Shown: one piece after another, positions 37,301-45,561 of the stretch
Layout: the number at the start of each line of letters is the position of its first letter
Numbering within the stretch: the stretch's first letter is position 1
Virus record (IMG/VR): IMGVR_UViG_3300021425_004462
Location: 58,060 to 122,059 of that record
Source of the DNA: a virus
Length of the DNA stretch: 64,000 nucleotides
Reading direction: 5' to 3' (one strand)
The notes under the pieces: model-generated
The model's input: the letters and a program-made list of their open reading frames with translations, nothing else
What the model was told of the DNA's origin: nothing
Database searches by the model: none
Translations under genes and position numbers: made by a program

Positions 37301-39096
37301 GCAGGATTATTACTCCAATATTTTTTTTCATCAGATATAGAAAAAATGGATTGATTTTCATCTGATTGCCCTTTAAATAAACCGTCCCAAGGCCCATCGT
37401 ATCGCCTAGACTCAGGGTCATAGTTAGAAGGAATTAATACTTTTTTAAGTTTTGCGTGATAAGACCTTAAAGGTATATTTTGGAAATTTTTACTATCAAA
37501 ACGAATTTTTACGGCGGCAGTATTTGGGTAAATTAGTTTTTCATTTATCATTTCTTGAACATAAGCAATTCTTAGCATTTTATTCCTCATAACTCCACCA
37601 ACATTTCCAATATATGTACTATTTGATCCTAACGGATTATCGTAAGCTACATTGTTAGCTTGATCTTTTGTCAGATCAAGTTCTGCATTTAATTTTACTA
37701 CAGAAAAACTTAATTGCTCAGAGTTATTAAAAAATAATACCTTTGGATCATATTTTATAGAAATACTAAAGTTGTAAGAGCTTGACGCTAACCCCTGCAC
37801 AAAGAAGAACTGATTAGAGCCTGACTCTATAATTTGTATACCTCTAGTAATTTTTGATGAATTTACCTCTGTTGCGCCTTCCGTCGCTTTTATGAAATCT
37901 ATATCGCTACGACTAATTCCACTATCAGGGTTTAAAATATTTATTCTCTTACCGTTTTTTGTTATGAATATAGCGAACCTCATGGAATCACTAAGCGAGT
38001 CTCCAGGGTCATCATTCATTTGCAGTAATTGCACAGAAAATTCAAAGACAATTTGATCTACATCGCTACTTGTTATTCCATGAGAAAAAATATACGCACC
38101 CCTATTAATAGCTTGATTAAAATCCTCATAAACAGAAATTCCAGTGCTACCAACATAAGGTCCCGGACCATGAAGCTTTGTATTATATTCTATTGTATAA
38201 CTACAAGTATCCGAAAGTGAGCCAACATCTGTCTCAGAACCATCCTTTAAAACAGGTCCGCCTTTTTTATTTTTTTGATCCTCATTTAAAACGTAATTAA
38301 AAGTTGCAGAGCTCCCTTCTGAAGTTGTATTTTTAATAGGGACATTATTTAAATAAATACCTTGACGAATATCTTCTTTAGGCAAAAGATTTCCTCTCTC
38401 ATCAACTAATCCAGCTATAGGACCTTCACATAGAGCATCTATATATTCCGTTTCAGAAAAAGACTCTAAAACTGTAGAGTTTGAAGTGGTATTCCTTCTT
38501 AAATCAAATGTTTCAACTTTAGCATTTATATTTACACAACCAACTCTCAAAAGACCGTAACCCAAGGGAACAGGAATCCCTTGAGCTTGTCGATTCCTAC
38601 TGCCAGACATTAACATTGATTTAGTGGAAACTTTTGTTCCTGGCTTAGGCGGCTTAGGTGGCTTAAATAAGGCTTGAACAACAAAAGATATAGCAACAGC
38701 AACAGCGACATAAGTTGCAACAGTTAACGCTCCAGCGAGAAAAGTCGAAGTTACACCCATCTTCACCCAAAATCCAAATACAGCGGTACTTGTTATAGCT
38801 CCCCCTTTAGGTACTGGAACTAAATGCAACTCATTAGATTCAATTTTATCAGCTATATTATTACTTAATTTAAGCAAATTTTCATCAAGATCATCTTCCC
38901 CACTAATATTTTCAGGTTTTTTAGTAAGTATAACATATTTATTTCCTTTAATATGCTCAGACGATGTATAACTATAAAAACCATCCGAATTAGCTTCTAT
39001 AGCAGCTAAAGCTTCTTGCACAGAATTAATATTCAACTCAAAACTCGAGCCAAACTTTTTACCTAATTTTCCATGCAGATAAACCTTTTTCATCAC
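34354..39096 (-). CDS. Lambda gpI-like domain fused to gpJ-like tail tip/host-specificity protein
   Basis: KKVYLHGKLGKKFG and QGIPVPLGYG (I-like); LCEGPI.GLVD, YPNTA, PSNYDP, WDG.FK, NNPAW, KYCDELV, EPRF.CN (J-like). Start is GTG 39096 or ATG 39093. Confidence 0.9.
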   Translation of the reverse strand: MMKKVYLHGKLGKKFGSSFELNINSVQEALAAIEANSDGFYSYTSSEHIKGNKYVILTKKPENISGEDDLDENLLKLSNNIADKIESNELHLVPVPKGGAITSTAVFGFWVKMGVTSTFLAGALTVATYVAVAVAISFVVQALFKPPKPPKPGTKVSTKSMLMSGSRNRQAQGIPVPLGYGLLRVGCVNINAKVETFDLRRNTTSNSTVLESFSETEYIDALCEGPIAGLVDERGNLLPKEDIRQGIYLNNVPIKNTTSEGSSATFNYVLNEDQKNKKGGPVLKDGSETDVGSLSDTCSYTIEYNTKLHGPGPYVGSTGISVYEDFNQAINRGAYIFSHGITSSDVDQIVFEFSVQLLQMNDDPGDSLSDSMRFAIFITKNGKRINILNPDSGISRSDIDFIKATEGATEVNSSKITRGIQIIESGSNQFFFVQGLASSSYNFSISIKYDPKVLFFNNSEQLSFSVVKLNAELDLTKDQANNVAYDNPLGSNSTYIGNVGGVMRNKMLRIAYVQEMINEKLIYPNTAAVKIRFDSKNFQNIPLRSYHAKLKKVLIPSNYDPESRRYDGPWDGLFKGQSDENQSIFSISDEKKYWSNNPAWVFFDLLTNYRYGLGRYGVSDLMVDKWQLYKISKYCDELVETNYPIETKTGFPLAFTTNNDIDYNSGTSAGSFTITIDSIQYVNVSGNIQEVAYGVEDFLKDFGKNQQFQGKKVAFFIHQHNYSDDQISGTSSKAIAVRKNLSKNSSIRSGEYNIEERFLIRSEVLNGSKMVLTLSGPAFNDVPSSYADGNIRKTIGACATQINHSTVEPRFACNLYLTEQSEAVNSLNSLASLFRGMVIYTAGKISVVQDSKKNPIILFNNSNVRKKEGFSYSGFARNKKITASLVRFNNREKNYKPDVVYEEDPAAMQIYGYIEKETMGLGITSKSMARRLAKWVLASSNLESEKIQFVTGTEGAFLYPGSVFEVSDENRSGESMSGRILDLLTKSEYIDENGDTKEKDRLSILIDKSLRNVPNIRRVEILINTGLDRETYESISARAINEISKEDQDIDIDSIGAPQALRFDGSIIVDENLKNKGPQGQKTLISDLRIKFQFFVDTATNTINIYKHGLQDGDRVRFSSLGVLPSGLDKEKKGVSSYFVINSTSNTFKVSETSNGKEVNIIDEGKDYFLNEGGEHFVSVEDIGSSISQATLKAFKKLEIGASFSLRGLFGSSGSRGQPSTYSGVLNRVFVNQSGNPEPDKFYNSSLFGQIYNPEGSDWFWSVSFGWLYLGNMVNKDNSGNDGFWFFWTEIGWVWSNSEIAKTHSFGENKIAWFYLDAISGGSWAAVVYEGSNPDPIRIYVYNNISGYSVGDTYLLGDRNFDVIHVSSQFLGLKLRESSNSNQIPTSVPSEVSNYLEESSNPAYNESEILSIESSSEDSSRQNVNALIIKLNENHGVDLFKNRKIKIKNFNSSNQGLNNIINKEWNTIYIDVNTIELIDSTSAYEQFQGATISDKGEIYFVEDVSTKASRAFESQLFRTLSVKELDNNQYEVQGIEYNSSKFNFVDKDSSVRVPLMPIPPQANMTLPEAPTSLILSDLSI

Positions 39097-39116
39097 CTTA
39101 GACCTTAATTTTAATA

Positions 39117-39482
39117 TTACACACTAATTTCATGAAAATAAAAACAATCTGTCTTTAAACTATATATTAAAAAGGGAAGTCCCAACATAGAAGAATTTTG
39201 CTTATCAGAAAAGCTTGGCTTCTCAGATATGTTTATGTGAGAATGAAAGATGCAATATATATTTTTCGCAAGAATATAAGCGGGATTAATGATAAAAGTT
39301 TTCTCTGGGGAAGCGCTTAAATTTTCTAAAGGTATAAATTCATACTTGCCTCTTTCTAAGGTAAAGATGCCACAAGATTCTTGCTTTGGTCTTTGTAGAG
39401 AATATATTTTTGCTTCTTCAAGCAATTCTTCTGGAATATCACCTTTCAACAGGAAATTGCTCTGTTCCAGGAAAACCCCCAA
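39117..39482 (-). CDS. Lambda gpK-like JAB/MPN domain protein (no NlpC/P60 part); start may be TTG 39449
   Basis: ESCG, IFHSH, PS.SD; lies between L and I/J. Confidence 0.8.
   Translation of the reverse strand: MGVFLEQSNFLLKGDIPEELLEEAKIYSLQRPKQESCGIFTLERGKYEFIPLENLSASPEKTFIINPAYILAKNIYCIFHSHINISEKPSFSDKQNSSMLGLPFLIYSLKTDCFYFHEISV
39118..39122 (-). promoter_or_regulatory. GTGTA upstream motif
   Basis: Overlaps the last codons of the K-like gene; 21 nt to GTG 39096, with AAGG twice in the leader. Confidence 0.55.
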
Positions 39483-40518
39483 ACCTTAACCCTCTATCAT
39501 CAGATTTATTGTAAGGCAAAAGACTTTCGTCTTTTTGAGAAAATCTTTTTTTGCAGGATTCTATACTTTTACTGCAGGCATCTTCAAGCCAATACTCTTG
39601 ACTAAAAAAAGGGTGAAAATCTTTAGCGGAATCATGTTTTTTTGCGCACACAAAAACCTTAGGGGTTGAGACATAAGGATCTTGAGAATGATGATTTATA
39701 ACCTTCACTACATCGTTCATATCATAACCCTTTTGATTTTCGCTGTCGCCATCTTTACCGAATCTACTCCATTCAGCAATACTAGATATACCATCTGGAT
39801 ATACTGATGGATTAATATACCCTTCGCCATTTCTAGCGAATGAAGAAGTTAATGGTTTACCAGAAGAGGTCTCAATGGGAAGACCTTTATACTTGCAACC
39901 AATTTCGCACCTATAAGTCCAATTGCAGTACTTAGACAAAACAACTCTAGCCGGAACCATTGAGTCTTCGATTTCCAAAACAGAAGTTAACTCAAATTCA
40001 ATGAAAGCGTTTTGTTCGCCGACTTTTTTATTTACATAAAAGACATCATCTAAAAAACTTGCCCCAGGATCAGACATTCCAAATGGATTTTCAAACAAAT
40101 CATTGATGTTTCTGTTTAAATAATTATTATTATCCAAAAAAGCTGCGTAAGTTCTTTTTCTTGTAACCTTACAGCCCAAAAAATCTTTATTCATCTTTAC
40201 AATTTTAGATAATAGGCCCGCCGGAGAAGCAATTCTTAATTTCGGCCTAGGCATTTTGCCGTCGCTTTTTTTCTCAAAACCTGAAGCGTTAATAGGAAGA
40301 GGCTGATAAGCATTTCCTTGCCAATATATAGGATTAGTTCCATTTTGCATTGAGCAAAACCTGTATATAGGTTCTGATTCAACAGAAGTGTCCAACAACG
40401 ATTCAAACTCCTCCATTACATACTGTAAGCTACTAAAATCTATTTCAAAAAGCTCAATGACTACATCAGGCAAAATAGATACAGCCTGCCTATTTAACTT
40501 TACTTCAGAACTTCCCAT
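39439..40518 (-). CDS. Lambda gpL-like minor tail protein
   Basis: IELFEID, WQGNAY.PLPI..SGFE, PRP.L, C.W.YR...C, C.K...C..RF, FGGFPG. Confidence 0.9.
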   Translation of the reverse strand: MGSSEVKLNRQAVSILPDVVIELFEIDFSSLQYVMEEFESLLDTSVESEPIYRFCSMQNGTNPIYWQGNAYQPLPINASGFEKKSDGKMPRPKLRIASPAGLLSKIVKMNKDFLGCKVTRKRTYAAFLDNNNYLNRNINDLFENPFGMSDPGASFLDDVFYVNKKVGEQNAFIEFELTSVLEIEDSMVPARVVLSKYCNWTYRCEIGCKYKGLPIETSSGKPLTSSFARNGEGYINPSVYPDGISSIAEWSRFGKDGDSENQKGYDMNDVVKVINHHSQDPYVSTPKVFVCAKKHDSAKDFHPFFSQEYWLEDACSKSIESCKKRFSQKDESLLPYNKSDDRGLRFGGFPGTEQFPVER

Positions 40519-43517
40519 TATATACTAATATTAACTATACCTTGTAAATTTTCTATAATACCATCATTAATAACATTAAATGTTGAAGTAGAAAAAGATT
40601 GAGTTCTTTTCGTTATTAATATATCATCATCTTCATTAGAAATATTATTACCTTGATTATCTACAATATAAACCAGTGATTCATCAGATATATATATTAT
40701 ATCAGCAAAACCTTTTTGCCCACCCTTAAGCTTCCTTATAGATTTAGATTTGAAAAACTCCTCATCAATAAATATATCACAATATTGCCTTTTCGCTAAA
40801 ACAGAAGAATAGATGAGCCCGTCGTTTCTTTGTGTGAAAAGATTTGATCTATTACCGCCAACCTTCTGTTCTGAAAACGTCCCATCTCCATTATCAATCA
40901 TAACCCTAAAAGATATTTCTCCTTCCGGCCCGTTGGTAAAAACTTTGCTTAGTTTAATATACTTAGAGTTTAAATCAAACGGAAGATTACTGGAAGGTAA
41001 TTGAAAAATATAATCATTATTATTTAATTCATCCGGAACAATTAAAGGAATTTCCGTAGACTGTTGCCCTAAAATTTGAAACTTTACATCAGGGTGTGAA
41101 GACATTTCCATAGAAGATATATTAACTTCCGAATCGCCAATATTCTCAAAGAATATTCTATGCCTAAAATTTCGAGCTTGATCTATAATATCCTCAGGGG
41201 TAGATATATTAACAGGAGAAGAAAACTTAAGCTGGCCAGGACTCTTATCTACCACGTTAAACCTATTATCAATTTTTTCTGCAGAATAATTAAATGGAAT
41301 CTGTTTGAAATTTACAGATATATTATGACAATTTTTATACACATAGGTATGGTTCCACGATTCGCAGATAAAATTTAACTTCCTATCGTAAGGCGCGGGA
41401 GGAGAATATATAAAAGGTAAAAAGCCCAAATGATCTTCTAAAAAATGAAGTATGGCATAAGCTTCAGAGTCATCCCTAGAATTAAAGTTCAAATTTAATT
41501 CTAACAAACTCTCATTTATTCCTTCCCTGTAGTATTGAGAATAACCATTTACAGAAGATATTCTTGATAAATAAAATTTTTGATTCACATCTAAACCAAT
41601 AGACGGCTTCCATGTAAATTCCCTACTCCAAACCCCTGTATTTAAGTCCTTAAATTTTAATACTTGATCCTCATCATAATAAGACTCAACAGGAGGAGTA
41701 TCAACAGTCGGATTCTCAGAAATATTATAGTAGTATTTATGATTACCGCTTGAGAAAACAACATCATTGTATTCATAATACTCGGAAGAAGAATAACTAT
41801 CCGCTCTTTTTACAAAAATCCCTTCGGACTTATTCAGGATAGATGAACTAAAATTTTTTAAAGTTAGAGATATATCATTGCTATTCTCAAAGTTCATTTT
41901 ATGATTTACTTCGTCACACAAAAAACGAGTGGTTTGTGAATTCAAAGAATCATATGGATGAAACGAGGACTCTCCAGCCCATAAAAATCCAGATATACCT
42001 TGCGAATACTTTAAGTAATCAGTTGGAGAATCTCTTTCTAATTGCCCTTGATGATTTTCGACAAAATGTATAATTGCATTAGATTCCTTGTTAGTTCTAT
42101 TCTTAAAGTTTAGATCTATATTCAAACTTAATCCATTAATTGACTTTGGGGCTCTAAAGATATATCCATTACCATATTCAATTTCATTATTTTCCATTTT
42201 ATAAGATACTTTAGATCCATAATCCGCATCAAAGAAAAATAAATCAGAGCTCCAAACATCTGGGCTATCAGAAGGAAAAGAATCGAGAATATTGATTGAT
42301 AGTTCATTAGATGAAGCAGCTTCGAATTCCTTAATTTCGGTCGAATCATTAATGCCTTGAATTAATATTTTAGACCTAAAATCTTTTTCTAGCTCCGGTG
42401 TAGCTACAGAAGGCGGAGAAGGAAGTGAAACGCTTGGCGAATTAGGGTAGTCTCTTTGCTGAACAGCTCTAGGAACTTTTTTACTTTGCTGAACATTACT
42501 AATCCTATACCATTTACTATTAGTAAAGTTATAAACCCCAATAGCCTCCCGATCATCTTTTGATTTTTGGCTAATAGCCCCAGGCCACCTTTGCCAATAA
42601 GTCCAACCTGCAGGGCCATAGTAACCTTCTCCACCATCAAACAAATAAGCTAACCCCTGACTACTTAAACTTTGATTAGTATAGAACCAATCAGGGTTAC
42701 TGTCATCTAGATTTTCTACTTGAGGTAAATAAAAATTAATTTCTTTACTTGAACTTTCTATGGTTGAAAAATTTACCAACCCAAAACTTGAATGAGAAAC
42801 TTCTAATTCGCTAATCGGTATAAGCAAGTCGTCTATTCCACCAGGATCGCTTTTATAATAATGATAGCCAAACCCATCTACATCTAAATTCTTAGGTAAA
42901 CTAGGATGAGACAAACCCCCTGTTTCTTCATATCTAAGCCATTGATAATAAATTTTGTCAAACAAATAAACCCACTCACCAAAGTCTCTGCCGTACCAAA
43001 AAAAGTTATCTAAAACAATATTATCCGAACCAGCAACATTATTTTTTAAAAACCAAGATCCTTCAAAAAAACTGTCAGAGCCCACTTCTGTTGCACCTAA
43101 AATATCCTCAAAACTTAAGCTGGACTTAATCCTAATATCAAAATTTTTATTTATTTCATATATTTTATATTTACCATTAGAACCCTCTTGAGAGCCGTTT
43201 ATTTCGATAGTCTGACCCTCCTTAAAAGAAACACCTAAAGTATCCAATTGATTATATTCATCAATAATGTTATTGGTATGCCTACCTTTTATTTTTATAA
43301 ACTTTCTTCCACTAGGAACTAAAGAAAATCGATTAGCAGCCTCAATTTGTGCGCCACCGCCACGAACATTATCTTCTCTTGCATAGTAGAAAAGCCCATC
43401 CCCAGTATTATAAACAAAATCAAATTTCTCGTATGCGCCGTCAGGATCAAATACGCCGCTATAATTAGAGATATGGCTCATTTGTTGATTTTCGAAAACT
43501 TTATATTCTCCAGCCAT
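40518..43517 (-). CDS. Distal tail protein with two lambda gpM-like domains and inserted modules
   Basis: YGNGY....SING....L.F..R....AIIHF.E.H.G occurs twice; sits upstream of L. Confidence 0.7.
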   Translation of the reverse strand: MAGEYKVFENQQMSHISNYSGVFDPDGAYEKFDFVYNTGDGLFYYAREDNVRGGGAQIEAANRFSLVPSGRKFIKIKGRHTNNIIDEYNQLDTLGVSFKEGQTIEINGSQEGSNGKYKIYEINKNFDIRIKSSLSFEDILGATEVGSDSFFEGSWFLKNNVAGSDNIVLDNFFWYGRDFGEWVYLFDKIYYQWLRYEETGGLSHPSLPKNLDVDGFGYHYYKSDPGGIDDLLIPISELEVSHSSFGLVNFSTIESSSKEINFYLPQVENLDDSNPDWFYTNQSLSSQGLAYLFDGGEGYYGPAGWTYWQRWPGAISQKSKDDREAIGVYNFTNSKWYRISNVQQSKKVPRAVQQRDYPNSPSVSLPSPPSVATPELEKDFRSKILIQGINDSTEIKEFEAASSNELSINILDSFPSDSPDVWSSDLFFFDADYGSKVSYKMENNEIEYGNGYIFRAPKSINGLSLNIDLNFKNRTNKESNAIIHFVENHQGQLERDSPTDYLKYSQGISGFLWAGESSFHPYDSLNSQTTRFLCDEVNHKMNFENSNDISLTLKNFSSSILNKSEGIFVKRADSYSSSEYYEYNDVVFSSGNHKYYYNISENPTVDTPPVESYYDEDQVLKFKDLNTGVWSREFTWKPSIGLDVNQKFYLSRISSVNGYSQYYREGINESLLELNLNFNSRDDSEAYAILHFLEDHLGFLPFIYSPPAPYDRKLNFICESWNHTYVYKNCHNISVNFKQIPFNYSAEKIDNRFNVVDKSPGQLKFSSPVNISTPEDIIDQARNFRHRIFFENIGDSEVNISSMEMSSHPDVKFQILGQQSTEIPLIVPDELNNNDYIFQLPSSNLPFDLNSKYIKLSKVFTNGPEGEISFRVMIDNGDGTFSEQKVGGNRSNLFTQRNDGLIYSSVLAKRQYCDIFIDEEFFKSKSIRKLKGGQKGFADIIYISDESLVYIVDNQGNNISNEDDDILITKRTQSFSTSTFNVINDGIIENLQGIVNISI

Positions 43518-44434
43518 TACTTAATAATCTCTTTAATTGTTATTTCAGAAGAAGCGAGGGAACCTTCTTGTATTGAAATAGATTGATTTTGAATTTTACC
43601 CTTGGAGGAAAACTTAGCTAGCTTTTCTCCATTCAAGCCATAAAGATAAGCAGAGATTTCTGAATCAATTATACCCTCTATAGTGTTCAAGTTTTGATAG
43701 TCTCCAAACATATTTAAATTTTGCACGATTTCATTTCCCGATATAGACATTTCAGATTCAATCTTTTCAACAGAAACTCTATTAGGTGCAGGGCCATCAG
43801 CATTAGTAAAAATATATGTATTTTCATTTTCTCTTATATTATTATTAAGTTTTCTTTCTACTTTTATACTATATCTTAGCGATGAAGCTTCAAACTGCCC
43901 TCCAGCAATAGAGTCTGAATTTATCCCAGCAACCTTTAAATTTCCAAAAGATTTTAATGAATGCGCAAAATCAACCAAACCCTTACGGAACCTTTTGTCA
44001 ACATTTTTTCTTATAGTTCCATAAATATCATATTCCGCAGAAGCTCTTATTACAGAAAAAGGGGTCATTTCAAAACCAAAAGATTTTAGATACATATTGT
44101 TGAACGAGTATCTACCTACTTCATTATTATCTATAGGTTTTTCGGACATGCCTTCCTTAATATCAAACAATCTATCTATTGAATTGGGAGAACCTTCTTG
44201 AGCAAACGTTTCTGCAGAAATATAAAAAGACAAAGACAAGCTTCCCTTTAATCCATCCGTGGCTGCATATTTGACAAATTCAGTCTTCGACCCAACAATT
44301 GACAAATCCAAATCACCATAAACCCTTTCTTCTTGAAGAGACGGAGCAATAGACAAGCTTGCGCTGCTGACCATAATATTCTTACCGTTTAAAGTAATCT
44401 TTCCATCTTCAAATCTTAAGTATGGATTTTTCAT
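43517..44434 (-). CDS. Tail-tube-like minor tail protein
   Basis: Lies between the tape measure and M-like genes; weak motif similarity to the tube paralogues. Confidence 0.5.
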   Translation of the reverse strand: MKNPYLRFEDGKITLNGKNIMVSSASLSIAPSLQEERVYGDLDLSIVGSKTEFVKYAATDGLKGSLSLSFYISAETFAQEGSPNSIDRLFDIKEGMSEKPIDNNEVGRYSFNNMYLKSFGFEMTPFSVIRASAEYDIYGTIRKNVDKRFRKGLVDFAHSLKSFGNLKVAGINSDSIAGGQFEASSLRYSIKVERKLNNNIRENENTYIFTNADGPAPNRVSVEKIESEMSISGNEIVQNLNMFGDYQNLNTIEGIIDSEISAYLYGLNGEKLAKFSSKGKIQNQSISIQEGSLASSEITIKEIIK

Positions 44435-45561
44435 GATGCAGGATTATGGTAAGTATCATAACCTTTATAACTTAAAGATATAGACATTTCACCCTCTATA
44501 GATGAATTTATAGTCTCTCCGATTAATCTTACATTATTTCCGGTAAAAGAGTTGATGATAGTATCATTTCTTGAATCTCTTAACTCTATTTCTACAGTGC
44601 TTTTTGGAGCGGATTGAATTCTATCCTTAACCTCCCTAACTTCATATTCATCTGCAATCATAGTAAAATTTATATTAGTTTCAATTGGGTACTCCACATT
44701 AATTTGTATAGGCTCTAAGTTTTGATAACTTGCCTGGTTTGTCAAATTCCAATCTTCATTGTCTCCCTTTGGTAATGCATATATTGGATTTAAACTAATT
44801 GATCTACTATAACTGAAATCACTAATAGCGTCGATCTCGAAATCGCTCACTTTTAGTTTTATTTTTGATTGATCAGTGAATTGAACCTCAGGGTGTTCTT
44901 GGTGAATAATGTCCGATAATTTATATGAAACCCCTTGGAAAGCATTTTTACCCAAACCAAGAACGTCTCCATCTTCTACTATTATAGATTCATCATATAG
45001 ACTAGCGTATAAACCTTCAGATATGGAAATATCTTTTTGAATAAATTTTGGCTGTAAATTTACTGTGCCCGCATCAAGAACCCTTCCTAAAGAATTAGTA
45101 TAAAAAACATAATCTCCGTCAAACGAACTCATATGATCACTTTTTAATTCATAAGAATTTGTTTTCATTACATTTTTACCTAGTTCTCCATAAACAGTTA
45201 TATCTGTTTGTATTTCAGGTATTTGGCCAACAGAGCAAGATATAGAATAACTATTAATTCTCCCGTTCTTAAAACCGAAACCCTTACGATTATCATCGTA
45301 TAATATAACTCCACTCAAATTATTTTCATCAAAGGAATATTTCCCTAAAACATTAGTTTCAAGCAAAGGGTCAAAACCAACCATTTGTCTTGATATTGAA
45401 AAATTACCCTCTAAAGGTTTTTCGATTAATGCATCTATAAAACCAACTCCAGCAACCTTAATAGGTTTTTCGCTAATACCATAACTTCCATCAATATTAG
45501 TCACGCCAGATAGCGCATAGCCATTTACAACTATTGTTTGCTCATAATTAGAATAGCTCAT
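44431..45561 (-). CDS. Tail-tube-like minor tail protein
   Basis: NGRINSYSISCSVGQIP aligns with NGYISNYSVEASVGSMP of 56180-57472. Confidence 0.6.
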   Translation of the reverse strand: MSYSNYEQTIVVNGYALSGVTNIDGSYGISEKPIKVAGVGFIDALIEKPLEGNFSISRQMVGFDPLLETNVLGKYSFDENNLSGVILYDDNRKGFGFKNGRINSYSISCSVGQIPEIQTDITVYGELGKNVMKTNSYELKSDHMSSFDGDYVFYTNSLGRVLDAGTVNLQPKFIQKDISISEGLYASLYDESIIVEDGDVLGLGKNAFQGVSYKLSDIIHQEHPEVQFTDQSKIKLKVSDFEIDAISDFSYSRSISLNPIYALPKGDNEDWNLTNQASYQNLEPIQINVEYPIETNINFTMIADEYEVREVKDRIQSAPKSTVEIELRDSRNDTIINSFTGNNVRLIGETINSSIEGEMSISLSYKGYDTYHNPAS

